A stretch of DNA of 64,000 nt from Patescibacteria group bacterium (GTDB lineage Bacteria > Patescibacteriota > Minisyncoccia > Phycocordibacterales > JAKAEA01), in contig JAZKCY010000001.1 of assembly GCA_040387855.1 (NCBI GenBank), positions 445,857 through 509,856 on the forward strand, in the 5' to 3' direction. Positions within the stretch are counted from its first letter, which is position 1. Each line of letters opens with the position of its first letter. The notes beneath the pieces were generated by a model. That model was not told the DNA's origin. It ran no database searches and saw nothing but the letters and a program-made list of their open reading frames with translations. The translations under genes were made by a program, and so were the position numbers. Of the stretch, positions 18,555 through 28,653 are shown one piece after another.

Positions 18555-20051
18555 ATGAAAGTAATTACTACCAACGATTTAATAGGAGCAATACAGCCAC
18601 AGGCTAAGCTTGAAAAACAACTTAAAAATTTCGATCTTTCGTACCTTGCATCATTGGCACAAGATTATGTAGTGAATAAACCTATGGTAGAAATGCCAAA
18701 GGATATTCAGGCTGTTAAGACATACTCACGAAACCCAACACTTAAGCAGCGATCATTCTACAAGAAAGCTGAAATGGCAGGACGAGAACTCGTACGAGAA
18801 GGAAAGGTTGGTGCATTCCTTGTAGCAGGAGGACAGGGAACACGACTTGGATACGATGGACCAAAGGGAGAATATAGTGTTACACCAGTGAAGAACAAAT
18901 CTCTTTTCCAGGTATTTGCGGAACAGCTTCTTTCATATTCAAAGGAAGCAGGAAAGACTATCCCTTGGTATATCATGACAAGTGATATCAACCGAACAGC
19001 AACAGAAAAATTCTTCGTTGAAAACAAATATTTCGGTTACAACAAATCTGATATATTCTTCTTCGAACAAGGAATGATGCCTGCATTTGATATGACAACT
19101 GGTAAGCTTTTGCTCGCAGAGAAAGATAGTCTTGCTCTAAGTCCAGACGGACACGGAGGGTCTCTTAAAGCACTTCGCGTAAGTGGAGCACTAGCTGATA
19201 TGCAGAAACGAGGTATCGAACACCTATCATACTTCCAGGTAGACAACCCAATGGTGCATGCTATTGATTACCGATTCTTGGGAATGCACGCTCTTACCGA
19301 CAGTGAAATGAGTAGTAAAGTTGTGCCTAAGGTAAGTGCAACAGAAAAGGTAGGTAACTTCGTAGTTGCTGATGGCAAAGTACAGGTTATTGAATATTCT
19401 GATATGCCAGAAGAACTTGCAAAGACAACTAACTCAGATGGATCACTTAAATTCAATGCAGGATCAATTGCTATTCATGCTCTCTCAGTAAAATTTATCG
19501 AACGACTTACATCAGATGGAAACCTCAAGCTTCCATGGCACCGAGCAGAAAAGAAAGTTGCTTTCCTCGATGCTTCAGGAGCACTCGTGAAGCCAGAAAA
19601 GCCAAATGCAGTAAAGCTTGAACAATTTATTTTCGACGCACTTCCATTGGCACAAAATGCTTTGGTCTACGAAACAGATCGAGCAGAAGAATTTAGTCCA
19701 GTGAAGAATGCAGAAGGAAATGATTCACCACTTACCTCACGACAGCATCAGGTAGCCCGAGCACAGCGATGGCTTAAGGAATTGGGAGTAGAAGTACACC
19801 CAGAATCAGTTGTAGAAATCGATCCTTTGTTTGCAGCATCACGAGATCAGCTTAAAGCACGAAAGCTTGAAGTAGAACAGATTGTTGCAAGTGAAAAGAT
19901 TTATTTCGGACACACTGGAATCGAAAGTTCAGCAACACAACCAACAAGACTCCCTCTACCATTCGGAATGTTCAAAAAAGTTGGAGCTGTGTTTACAAAG
20001 TTTGCAAAGCGCGCACCGAAAGACACTGGAGCAGCAGGCGCACAAGCATAA
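18555..20051 (+). CDS. UDPGP type 1 family nucleotidyltransferase (UAP-type UDP-GlcNAc pyrophosphorylase)
   Basis: AGGQGTRLG..GPKG, SPDGHGG, FQVDNP, IEYSD, KLEQFIFD, EFSPVKN. Confidence 0.9.
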   Translation: MKVITTNDLIGAIQPQAKLEKQLKNFDLSYLASLAQDYVVNKPMVEMPKDIQAVKTYSRNPTLKQRSFYKKAEMAGRELVREGKVGAFLVAGGQGTRLGYDGPKGEYSVTPVKNKSLFQVFAEQLLSYSKEAGKTIPWYIMTSDINRTATEKFFVENKYFGYNKSDIFFFEQGMMPAFDMTTGKLLLAEKDSLALSPDGHGGSLKALRVSGALADMQKRGIEHLSYFQVDNPMVHAIDYRFLGMHALTDSEMSSKVVPKVSATEKVGNFVVADGKVQVIEYSDMPEELAKTTNSDGSLKFNAGSIAIHALSVKFIERLTSDGNLKLPWHRAEKKVAFLDASGALVKPEKPNAVKLEQFIFDALPLAQNALVYETDRAEEFSPVKNAEGNDSPLTSRQHQVARAQRWLKELGVEVHPESVVEIDPLFAASRDQLKARKLEVEQIVASEKIYFGHTGIESSATQPTRLPLPFGMFKKVGAVFTKFAKRAPKDTGAAGAQA

Positions 20052-20159
20052 TTACATTTATCTACACTATACAAAAAACCACTGAGTGATGTCGGTGGTT
20101 TTTTGTTTGCAATAAAAAATGTTCGTTACCGAGAAGGCAACGAACAATGTCATTCTAAA

Positions 20160-20567
20160 CTACGTCAGATTCCATGCGGCAGCTGCTTCGAATGGCTCCA
20201 GCTTCTTTAAGAGCTCTGGGATATCGCGTGCCACTGCTTCGAGCATCTGAGGCAAGTGTGTGAACACCAACTCCACATACTCACGCGCGATAGTTGGATT
20301 GTTGTTCTTTGTCGACGTTAAGAACAACTCGTTTGCTCCGTGGTGGCAGCTGATTGCTGCGTACCTAGCTCCAGGTTCGAAATACACAGACCAGTACAGA
20401 GTGCCTGTCGTGTATTTGTAGCTGCAACGCTCGGTTCCTGGAAGCTCTAGGAGTAGCCCCATGAGTATCTTTGACGTTGAGCCGATCCGGTACTTCATGA
20501 TGTCGAGGGCGTTAGAACCATCGATCATGACACTCATCAGCTGTTTGCCGTTCATCTTGCTGTGCAT
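20160..20567 (-). CDS. Hypothetical protein, GC-rich cassette
   Basis: AAGGAG SD, promoter TTGACT-17-TACTCT at 20642-20670, terminator hairpin at about 20113-20147. Confidence 0.65.
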   Translation of the reverse strand: MHSKMNGKQLMSVMIDGSNALDIMKYRIGSTSKILMGLLLELPGTERCSYKYTTGTLYWSVYFEPGARYAAISCHHGANELFLTSTKNNNPTIAREYVELVFTHLPQMLEAVARDIPELLKKLEPFEAAAAWNLT

Positions 20568-20714
20568 CGTACTCCTTATCTCTAAGGACCCTCTCGGGGA
20601 AGATGAGTGAACACGTTGCCCACAACACTCTTCTGATTGGTAGAGTATTGCAGAGACAATTATTAGTCAAATAAAAAAGCACACTCCTACATCGTAGGAC
20701 TGTGCTGTGGTGAA

Positions 20715-21341
20715 CTATCGTGGCGCATGCTTTACTCCGCCGTACTTGCTCGTAACGAAGGTCACCCAGGATGGATGATCGACATCTCGATCGGCAGCGA
20801 TCCATGCATCGTACCACCGCTGACACAAGGGACTTAGAATTTGTCCGTAGTTTTGGACCCACGGAACCATTCCGTACTCGGAAGTCTTTCCCCAGGTCAG
20901 CCGCTCGTACTCGATGAGAGCTGGGATGTCGCCGGGTGCGCAATCGGTCCAGCCGTTTGCGAGATGATCGAGCTCATGAAGCACACCCATGACGATCACT
21001 GATTGCCACATTGCATCACAGTTGATCCCATCCAACTTCTGCCTGATTGCATACTGTCGTTCAAGGGCAGGCATGTACAAATCGATGATGGGGATTCCGT
21101 TTCGTGCTGTGTTGGACATGCTGATCATCTTCTGATCACCAGCATAGGCCGGATGGTCAACGGCTATCACCTTGAGGTCGATGGGCCTTCCGTAGCACCT
21201 GCTGATCGTCAGGCGGTGGGAATCGAATCGCCGCTGAATCAGCTCGAGCGGGTAGGTGCACGAGATCAGCAGGTTGAGGATGGGCCCGATCCTCTGGTTG
21301 TAGAAATCCAACAACGCTGGGGGGAACACTTGTTCAGACAT
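20715..21341 (-). CDS. Hypothetical HExxH-motif protein, GC-rich cassette
   Basis: VLHELDHL with downstream E; promoter TTGACT-17-TATTTT at 21400-21428 argues for a start at 21341 or 21374. Confidence 0.6.
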   Translation of the reverse strand: MSEQVFPPALLDFYNQRIGPILNLLISCTYPLELIQRRFDSHRLTISRCYGRPIDLKVIAVDHPAYAGDQKMISMSNTARNGIPIIDLYMPALERQYAIRQKLDGINCDAMWQSVIVMGVLHELDHLANGWTDCAPGDIPALIEYERLTWGKTSEYGMVPWVQNYGQILSPLCQRWYDAWIAADRDVDHPSWVTFVTSKYGGVKHAPR

Positions 21342-21487
21342 AGGATGCTTGCACTTTCTTTTTGGGAGTGACATATCGGCAAGTGCCGAACCAAGGTGGA
21401 AAATAACACAATATTTGTAAAAAGTCAAAAACAAAAAACAGCCCCTCCGGGCTGCTTTTGTTTTTCTTATATTAGTAAAGAAGAAAA

Positions 21488-22369
21488 TTACACCAATGCT
21501 TTCAACTTGGCAATAAACTCCACAATAGAGTCTAAGTTCTTACCTCCACCAATCACTCGTACGATAGGTTCGGTGTTGGATGTGCGCATATTGACCCAAA
21601 CATCGCCTTTATCGAGCGTAATACCCTCTAGGGTCTCTATGGTAGCCCCTTCAGCCTTTGCGAGCTCGTGGACCTTTGGCTCGATATCAGCCCATTTCTT
21701 GTCTCCAAGCTTGATGTCATCGTTCTTTGTGTAGTGTTCTGGAAGACTCTTCACAAATTCTGAAAGCTTGTCTGAAATCTTTGAAACAGTATTTGCTACT
21801 GTAACCATTGTGAAGATTCCTGAATCGTTCTTGAAGAAGTCATCGAAGTAGTAGTGACCAGAAAATTCTCCAGCAGTACTTGCGTTTTGTTCTCGCAAGA
21901 TACTCTTCACATAGAATGTTCCTACTTTTGATCGCAAGAGTTCTGTGTCAGAAAATAGTTTTAGAGACTGGAGTGATTTGTACACCCATTCATCTGCTAC
22001 ATACGGAGGCTTTCGATGTTTGAAAAGAAGAACACAAATCATGTATGAAGGCATGAGTTCGCCTTTTTCATCCACGAAGAATGCTCGGTCTCCATCGGCA
22101 TCAAATGCAACTCCAAAATCTGCTTGCTGCTTAATCACTTCTGCTGCGAGCTGATTTGTTGCTCCTGCGATAAGTGGATTTGGTCCGTGAGCTTTGAAGT
22201 CTGCATCTGGAGTATCGTTGATTACGATAAGCTCAAGATTTGGAATGTCTTTTAATTCTTTCAATACAAGACCAGTTGTTCCGTTTGAACAATCGGCAAC
22301 AATCTTTAATTTCTTTTCAAGAGAGAAACCTTTCTTGATAAATTCTGCATACAGGGGAAAGTAGTCCAT
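21488..22369 (-). CDS. Phosphomannomutase/phosphoglucomutase, domains II-IV (split gene, part 2)
   Basis: DCSNG, FDADGDR, GEFSGH, RTSNTEP. Confidence 0.85.
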   Translation of the reverse strand: MDYFPLYAEFIKKGFSLEKKLKIVADCSNGTTGLVLKELKDIPNLELIVINDTPDADFKAHGPNPLIAGATNQLAAEVIKQQADFGVAFDADGDRAFFVDEKGELMPSYMICVLLFKHRKPPYVADEWVYKSLQSLKLFSDTELLRSKVGTFYVKSILREQNASTAGEFSGHYYFDDFFKNDSGIFTMVTVANTVSKISDKLSEFVKSLPEHYTKNDDIKLGDKKWADIEPKVHELAKAEGATIETLEGITLDKGDVWVNMRTSNTEPIVRVIGGGKNLDSIVEFIAKLKALV

Positions 22370-22373
22370 AGAA

Positions 22374-22781
22374 TTATGAAAGTTTATCAATAGCTTCTAA
22401 TACCTGAGTACCACTAATCATCACAGCTTCAGGACCTACAACTTTTGCTCCGTTGTATTCCTTTGGATTGTGAGATGCTGTAACCATTGCTCCTCCTGAT
22501 GCTTTGTAATGGCACACTAAGAAATAAAACATTGGAGTTGTAGAAAGGCCCACAGCTCTGACTGTAATATTCTTATTTAGTACTTTTGCTTCAGCCAAAA
22601 TACTGTCTTCTAAAACCTTCATCATTTCTGGTGATCCGTGACGTGCATCATGGGCTACTACTATTTCGCCTTCGTTAAACATGTGTGCACACGCTCGTCC
22701 TACCTGACTAATTGATCCTTCATTAATATCGGTGGGGTATATACCACGAATATCGTACGCTTTGAATATGCTTCGATTCAT
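22374..22781 (-). CDS. Phosphomannomutase/phosphoglucomutase, domain I (split gene, part 1)
   Basis: IFKAYDIRG, catalytic TASHNP..YNG. Confidence 0.85.
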   Translation of the reverse strand: MNRSIFKAYDIRGIYPTDINEGSISQVGRACAHMFNEGEIVVAHDARHGSPEMMKVLEDSILAEAKVLNKNITVRAVGLSTTPMFYFLVCHYKASGGAMVTASHNPKEYNGAKVVGPEAVMISGTQVLEAIDKLS

Positions 22782-22837
22782 ATAATTATAGTATAATATA
22801 GACTCTACAATTAGTATAAGACATAAAAATTACCAAA

Positions 22838-23428
22838 ATGTTACAAGAACATCCAGATCAAATACCGGGTATGCCACAGGAGCCTGAAGGCAATGACGAA
22901 CAGGCAAAAAACACTACAGAACAGGCACCACACGTTGTTACAAACCTTGCTGAATTTGAAGTGGAGCAAACTACCATGTTTGGAAATGCAGTAAAACGTG
23001 CAGGAGAAGTATATGCCAATGTTTCAGAAGCAATGCAACAGAGAGCTCGAATTCTTACCTTCGGAGCAGCTGCTCTTTTGGCTGTCGCAACAGGATGCTC
23101 AAGCAATCATCCATCAAGTGCAAAGAATCCTCATGGGCTTTCTGCTGATAAAGTGTTGCGAGATATTGGACGTAATGCAGAAGAGGCAATTAATGATGCT
23201 ACAGAAGATGCTCAAAGATCGTCACGACCACGAACTACAGTGAACAGACAATATAATGATGGATTTCAAATTAGAGCAGGAGCAAAATTGGAAGGTTTCA
23301 ATGTTATAAAAAAGGAGGGTAAGCACGACCACGATCATGATCACGACAAGCCAAAGGCAAAACCAAAAGCTGAAAAGCCTTCAAAACCTGCTGCTCCAAA
23401 AAATACTAAACGCAATAATAAACTCTAA
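22838..23428 (+). CDS. Hypothetical protein with internal lipobox-like signal and HD-repeat/Lys-rich tail
   Basis: 196-aa ORF; RARILTFGAAALLAVATG|C; HDHDHDHD. Confidence 0.6.
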   Translation: MLQEHPDQIPGMPQEPEGNDEQAKNTTEQAPHVVTNLAEFEVEQTTMFGNAVKRAGEVYANVSEAMQQRARILTFGAAALLAVATGCSSNHPSSAKNPHGLSADKVLRDIGRNAEEAINDATEDAQRSSRPRTTVNRQYNDGFQIRAGAKLEGFNVIKKEGKHDHDHDHDKPKAKPKAEKPSKPAAPKNTKRNNKL

Positions 23429-23433
23429 TTCTT

Positions 23434-23712
23434 ATGTCTACAAATTACGAACGAATTAAAGTATGTGTTGCGTCCTCAACTATTTCCGATACTGACAAAA
23501 AATATATAACTGATCTTTTTGCCGAGGTTGCTGATCAAAACTTAGCTGAGATTGCTGAACTCTTTGAATCAAAGCCAAAATGGGTGGCTATGTTTAACGA
23601 TAATCGAAAGAAAAAGCAAGAAGCATATGCGTCTGGTGATGCAAGTGCATGGCAATCTATACTTGAAGAAGAAAAGAAAATGATGGACGATCTTCTCTAC
23701 GATCGCGATTAG
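23434..23712 (+). CDS. Hypothetical protein
   Basis: 92-aa ORF, tightly spaced within a co-oriented run. Confidence 0.65.
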   Translation: MSTNYERIKVCVASSTISDTDKKYITDLFAEVADQNLAEIAELFESKPKWVAMFNDNRKKKQEAYASGDASAWQSILEEEKKMMDDLLYDRD

Positions 23713-23731
23713 TAGTATTGTTGGTATTCAT

Positions 23732-24361
23732 ATGAAAAAAGTAATTACTGTAATTCTGATTATAGCTGTACTTCTTGTTGGTGGGTGGTTTGTGTTTTTT
23801 AGAACCGAGACTCAACTAGCTGCAAGTATTCGCAATTATCCCTCATCAGGGGAAAATATTATTGCTTTTGGTGATAGTTTGGTTTTTGGTGTGGGATCTG
23901 AAAATGGTGGATTTGTCCAAAAGCTTTCAGATCAGATAGGGCAGCCTATTATAAATGAAGGAGTTCCTGGCAACACTACTGAACAGGCTTTGAAGCGAAT
24001 TAATAGTGTATTGGAACAAGATCCAAAGATCGTAATAGTCTTGTTAGGAGGAAATGATGCTCTGCAAAAAGTGCCAGTAAGTGAGACATTTAAAAAATTG
24101 GACGAGATAATTACTAAGATAGAAGAGAGGGGAGCCATAGTAGTTCTTCTTGGAGTCCAAGGTGGAATTTTGAGTGATCCATATAGTGATCAGTTTAAAG
24201 AATTGGCAAAAAAACACGATTCAGCATTCATTCCGCACATCTTAGCTGGGGTATTTGGCAACAAAGAGTTTATGTACGACACGGTGCATCCAAATGATGC
24301 TGGGTATCAAAAAATTGCTGATAAAATTAAACCACTTTTACAAAGTCTTGTAAAGATCTAG
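23732..24361 (+). CDS. SGNH/GDSL arylesterase
   Basis: FGDSL, GGND, DTVHPN. Confidence 0.92.
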   Translation: MKKVITVILIIAVLLVGGWFVFFRTETQLAASIRNYPSSGENIIAFGDSLVFGVGSENGGFVQKLSDQIGQPIINEGVPGNTTEQALKRINSVLEQDPKIVIVLLGGNDALQKVPVSETFKKLDEIITKIEERGAIVVLLGVQGGILSDPYSDQFKELAKKHDSAFIPHILAGVFGNKEFMYDTVHPNDAGYQKIADKIKPLLQSLVKI

Positions 24362-24430
24362 ACAGAGTTGTAAGGATGGTATAGTCTGCCTCGTCATACC
24401 CTTGTAATCCGCACAGGGAGCACAGCAGTT

Positions 24431-25021
24431 ATGAACAGCATGATTAAAACGGTGATAGTGATGAGTGCGATGGTATTGGCTATCCTCATTCCTATAGGTC
24501 TATCAAAAGTAGACCCGCATAAAGATCAATTTGCCCAAGGCAACCAGACACAAGTACTGGGCACGTCTGAGGTTATTGGCTTTACGCCACCATTCACAGC
24601 GAGCTCAACAACACTCTTTGCTACTACTACACCTCAATCAACTACAACTCCAGCAGTTTCTAAGACTGTAGCGAAGAAGACTCCTGTAGTTCACAAGTCT
24701 CAGTATTCACGACAAACTCTTAATGCTCTCACAACTACTGAAGAGCTTGACTCAGTGCTCTATCATATTGCCTTTTGTGAATCCGGACATGACCCATTGG
24801 CTCGAAATAAAACAAGCTCAGCAAAGGGACTCCTTCAGATAATTGATGGAACATGGAAAAGTTTTGGTTGTACCGGTAGTGTTCTCAATCGAGAAGACAA
24901 TTATGCCTGTGGTGTGAAGATTGCTACTCAATCAGGACTGCATCACTGGGACGCATCTGCACATTGTTGGATGCCTCTTGTGAAGCGAGACCAAATTGCG
25001 GATAATAGAACCTATGAATAA
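24431..25021 (+). CDS. Secreted lytic transglycosylase (SLT-like) with Thr-rich linker
   Basis: IAFCESG..P.ARN..SSAKGLLQI...TW. Confidence 0.82.
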   Translation: MNSMIKTVIVMSAMVLAILIPIGLSKVDPHKDQFAQGNQTQVLGTSEVIGFTPPFTASSTTLFATTTPQSTTTPAVSKTVAKKTPVVHKSQYSRQTLNALTTTEELDSVLYHIAFCESGHDPLARNKTSSAKGLLQIIDGTWKSFGCTGSVLNREDNYACGVKIATQSGLHHWDASAHCWMPLVKRDQIADNRTYE

Positions 25022-25475
25022 AAGATTTGTTTTTATTGGACTATTACTAATAATTCTTTTTATTGTAGGTACACTCACATTTTCTCAGAATAATTCAGTA
25101 CCACCCATAACCGTTGTTCCAGAAAACCCACTCGCAAGTACAACACCTGCTACAACCACTCCCATAGTACAAGAACCTGAACCTACAAATTATATTGTGG
25201 ATCAGTCGTATCACAACAAAAGTATAACTCTCAAAGTAGGTGATGAATTTTTGCTAGACTTAGCAGATGATATTGATTGGAAAGTTACACTTACAAATTC
25301 TGGAATCGTAGAACAGCTTAAGACATCAGAAGCACTCCAAGGAACACAAGGGATATTTAAAGCTATAAAAGCAGGGGAAACTACTCTAAATGCAGGAGGC
25401 GGCAAGAAGTGCGCCGAAGGGATGGCTTGTATCCTCATTTACGCAGAATTTACTACTAAGATTATTGTGAAATAA
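25014..25475 (+). CDS. Secreted protein with chagasin/I42 inhibitor-like domain
   Basis: N-terminal TM; ITLKVGDEFLLDL...W...FKAIKAGETTL. Confidence 0.55.
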   Translation: MNKRFVFIGLLLIILFIVGTLTFSQNNSVPPITVVPENPLASTTPATTTPIVQEPEPTNYIVDQSYHNKSITLKVGDEFLLDLADDIDWKVTLTNSGIVEQLKTSEALQGTQGIFKAIKAGETTLNAGGGKKCAEGMACILIYAEFTTKIIVK

Positions 25476-25575
25476 GGCTGGGGAAAGCTCAACAACTAAG
25501 TTTTTAAAACCAAGGTATAATTGTTACGTACCATAGGCTTGCTCGTAGTATAGGTGAGCCTGTGTACATTTACAC

Positions 25576-26133
25576 ATGGAGTATAACGAAAAAGACCTGA
25601 TTATAAGGAGCCAAAAGGGCGAATCTGAAGCCTTTGGCCGATTGTATGATAAATACATCCGTACTATCTATGACTTTGTCTATTACAAGACTCGTCATAA
25701 AGAAACGGCTGAAGATCTCACAAGTCAAACATTTTTTAAGGCATTAAAAAATATGGCTTCGGTAGATTCTAATAAACCTTTTTCTTCGTGGTTGTATAAA
25801 ATTGCGCAGAACACGGTTTTGGATCATTACCGGACCAAGCGCAATAATCAGGATATAGATGATGTCTACGATATAGCTGATGACACAGATATCGTAGGAA
25901 GTTTGGATATTGCAGAAGATAGTAAGCACATCAAAAAATATCTTGAGAAGTTAGCTCCACTCGAACGCGATATTATTATTATGAGAGTATGGCAAGAATT
26001 ATCTTATAAAGAGATAGCACAAATCCTCGGTAAGTCTGAGGCTAGTTGTAAAATGTCATATTCGCGAAGTATTAAAAAGCTCCGTGAATTCCTTCCGGTC
26101 GCACTCCTACTACTTCTCGTTTCCTACATTTAA
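25576..26133 (+). CDS. ECF RNA polymerase sigma factor
   Basis: AEDLTSQTF, FSSWLYKIAQN, LSYKEIAQILG. Confidence 0.93.
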   Translation: MEYNEKDLIIRSQKGESEAFGRLYDKYIRTIYDFVYYKTRHKETAEDLTSQTFFKALKNMASVDSNKPFSSWLYKIAQNTVLDHYRTKRNNQDIDDVYDIADDTDIVGSLDIAEDSKHIKKYLEKLAPLERDIIIMRVWQELSYKEIAQILGKSEASCKMSYSRSIKKLREFLPVALLLLLVSYI

Positions 26134-26138
26134 TTACA

Positions 26139-27731
26139 ATGAAACATCTAAAGACAACCGAAGAACGAACAGAGGCAATCATAAAGGATTTATATAAATT
26201 AGATCCAAGCTTCACAAAGCACGCACCAGAATTGCGTACTATTGTTGCTGATTTGATTACGCTCCAACCGGATACTCACTTTGATGAGTCTTTTGCCCAG
26301 CAATTAAAGAGTAGCTTGATGATCGAAGCTCATACTGGCGTTCATACAGCATCTCGATTTGAAAAAATTGTTTCTCCATTTTCATCACTTTTTGCAACAC
26401 GATTGTTTACGGGATTAGCAGGTGCAATGATGGCAATTATTATTGTTGCTCCATTAACATACCTTGCAACAAAGAAAACTATTCAAGTTAGTCCTGAAGT
26501 TGCAGTAAAAAATATTTCATCAGGGTTAAGTCTGAAACAACAAATAAATAATAAGGGAACCAATGCCTTTGGAACTTTGGCATATTTGCCGGTGTCCTCA
26601 AATGCCAATAATACTGCTACAGCTGATGCAATGACAAAATCTGCATCACCTGAAGTTTCAAATCAGTCTATGTCGGCTTTTGGTGCAGCATCTACTGATC
26701 CAACAAATGGAGTAGAGAATTTTACATATATATACAAAGGCGAACCATTAAAACTTTCACAAACTGAAGGCACAGTACTTAAACGAACAAAAGGAATCAA
26801 CGCAGGCAATCAATTAGCCGACTTTATTAAAGGTGCAAATTTTGGACTTACAAATCTTGAATCTTTTTCTCAGCTAAATTTGCAAAATATTCAGTTGTCA
26901 GAGAATAAGGATTTTGGCTATACCGTTAATGTAAATTTTGACGAGGGAAACATGGTCATTATGCAAAACTGGCAGAAATGGAATGTTAAGACTGATCGGG
27001 TAGAACTCCCAGCTTCAAGTTCACTTGATGATGATACTATTCTTTCTATTGCTCAGACATTTATAAAAGACCGAGGCATTGATACATCTATTTATGGCAA
27101 AGCTGTTGTAGAAAATAAAATTTACAGTAATCCCGACGCATCAGGAAAAATGAAAAAGTATGCATACGATACTGTGATTGTAACGTATCCACTTATACTT
27201 GATGGAAAGGAAGTCTATGACGAGGGAGGAATGCGCTATGGTCTCCAGGTAAATGTTGATATTCGAGAAAAGAAAGTTTCAGGAATCAACAATCTTACAT
27301 CTCAGTTATATGAAAGTTCAAAGTATGCATTAGAAACAGATGCTCAAAAGATTATCGATGCTGCAACATCAACTGCAAATCCTTCGGCACAGACACGTGT
27401 TTCTACTACAAAGACTATAGAGCTTGGATCACCAAAGCAGGTGCTCATGCGAAATTGGACTACTGATGCTTCGGGAGTTACAACGGAGATTTATGTTCCT
27501 GCATTATTATTCGGAGTTAAGCAAAATTCAAACCTTTCAAATATTCCACAAAATATTATTGTGCCGCTTATTAAAGATGTCACAAATCAAGTGAAAAATT
27601 CTAAGCCAGATGCAGTACCAATGCCACGCCCTACAGGTGAACCCATAGTAACTGATCCAATTGTTGTGCCTATCGCAACTTCTACAGCGACTACATCTTC
27701 TGAAACATCAGCAACAACAACGACTGAATAA
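26139..27731 (+). CDS. Putative anti-sigma factor (cytoplasmic N-terminus, single TM, large extracellular domain)
   Basis: 5 nt after the ECF sigma; topology typical of anti-sigma factors. Confidence 0.55.
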   Translation: MKHLKTTEERTEAIIKDLYKLDPSFTKHAPELRTIVADLITLQPDTHFDESFAQQLKSSLMIEAHTGVHTASRFEKIVSPFSSLFATRLFTGLAGAMMAIIIVAPLTYLATKKTIQVSPEVAVKNISSGLSLKQQINNKGTNAFGTLAYLPVSSNANNTATADAMTKSASPEVSNQSMSAFGAASTDPTNGVENFTYIYKGEPLKLSQTEGTVLKRTKGINAGNQLADFIKGANFGLTNLESFSQLNLQNIQLSENKDFGYTVNVNFDEGNMVIMQNWQKWNVKTDRVELPASSSLDDDTILSIAQTFIKDRGIDTSIYGKAVVENKIYSNPDASGKMKKYAYDTVIVTYPLILDGKEVYDEGGMRYGLQVNVDIREKKVSGINNLTSQLYESSKYALETDAQKIIDAATSTANPSAQTRVSTTKTIELGSPKQVLMRNWTTDASGVTTEIYVPALLFGVKQNSNLSNIPQNIIVPLIKDVTNQVKNSKPDAVPMPRPTGEPIVTDPIVVPIATSTATTSSETSATTTTE

Positions 27732-27777
27732 GATATCCCCACACTCAGGTATAGCGTATATGCTATGATTTATATAC

Positions 27778-28365
27778 ATGAAAAGGTTCGGTGTAGGGTA
27801 TATAGTAGTTTTTCTTCTCGTATATTGTTTTCCATTACATAGTGAGGATATAACTCTTGATGTTTCAAAAGTAGCAGAAAAGGCGGTACCTATTGTTTCT
27901 GCAGATATCATCGAACCTAAACGTCTACTTATCCCAGCTTTAAAAGTATTGTCACCAATCGTAGGAATGGGACAAACTCCAGAGGGTAGAATGGCGGTGC
28001 CTGATAATTATACTGAAGTTGGTTGGTACAATCTTGGAACTCGGCCAGGGGCTATTGGTAGTGCTGTTATGGGTGCACATGTTGATAATGGGAGTACTCT
28101 TCATGGTGTATTTAAGAACCTTAAAAAGCTTAAAATAGGAGATGATATTTATGTACTCGATCAGTTTAATAACGCCTTGCATTATAGGGTAACTGAAAAA
28201 ACTATCTATCCTTATAGATCTAAAGATACAGAGAAAGTATTTTCTCGAAATGATGCTCGTAGATTAAATTTAATTACCTGTTATGGTACATGGTTACCAA
28301 AAGAAAACACTTACGATCGGAGATTGGTGATATTTGCTGAGCTTGTTAAAAAACAGAAATTATAA
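27778..28365 (+). CDS. Class F sortase
   Basis: GWY....PG..GSAVMGAHVD, LNLITC, RLVIFA. Confidence 0.9.
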   Translation: MKRFGVGYIVVFLLVYCFPLHSEDITLDVSKVAEKAVPIVSADIIEPKRLLIPALKVLSPIVGMGQTPEGRMAVPDNYTEVGWYNLGTRPGAIGSAVMGAHVDNGSTLHGVFKNLKKLKIGDDIYVLDQFNNALHYRVTEKTIYPYRSKDTEKVFSRNDARRLNLITCYGTWLPKENTYDRRLVIFAELVKKQKL

Positions 28366-28548
28366 TTTCTTATCTGAAGGAACGATGAGTGCCAAAATAA
28401 TATAAGCAATAATTCCAGCTCCACCTACAAGAGTAAAGACGACCCAACCAATTCTAACAAGTGTTGGATCTATAGAAAAATACTCTCCAAGTCCACCGCA
28501 TACACCTGCAATAAAACGATCATTTGATGATCTATGTAGTTTTTTCAT
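28360..28548 (-). CDS. pspC: PspC domain protein
   Basis: LHRS..DRFIAGVCGGLGEYF.IDPTLVR. Confidence 0.92.
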   Translation of the reverse strand: MKKLHRSSNDRFIAGVCGGLGEYFSIDPTLVRIGWVVFTLVGGAGIIAYIILALIVPSDKKL

Positions 28549-28653
28549 AATGGAATTATTTTACTCTATATTTTTGTAAGTATCCAGCTATGTGTGCGTC
28601 GGTACAAGTGCATGTAATTAGTGTGCATATTGTTACCTTAAAATTTAACCAGC

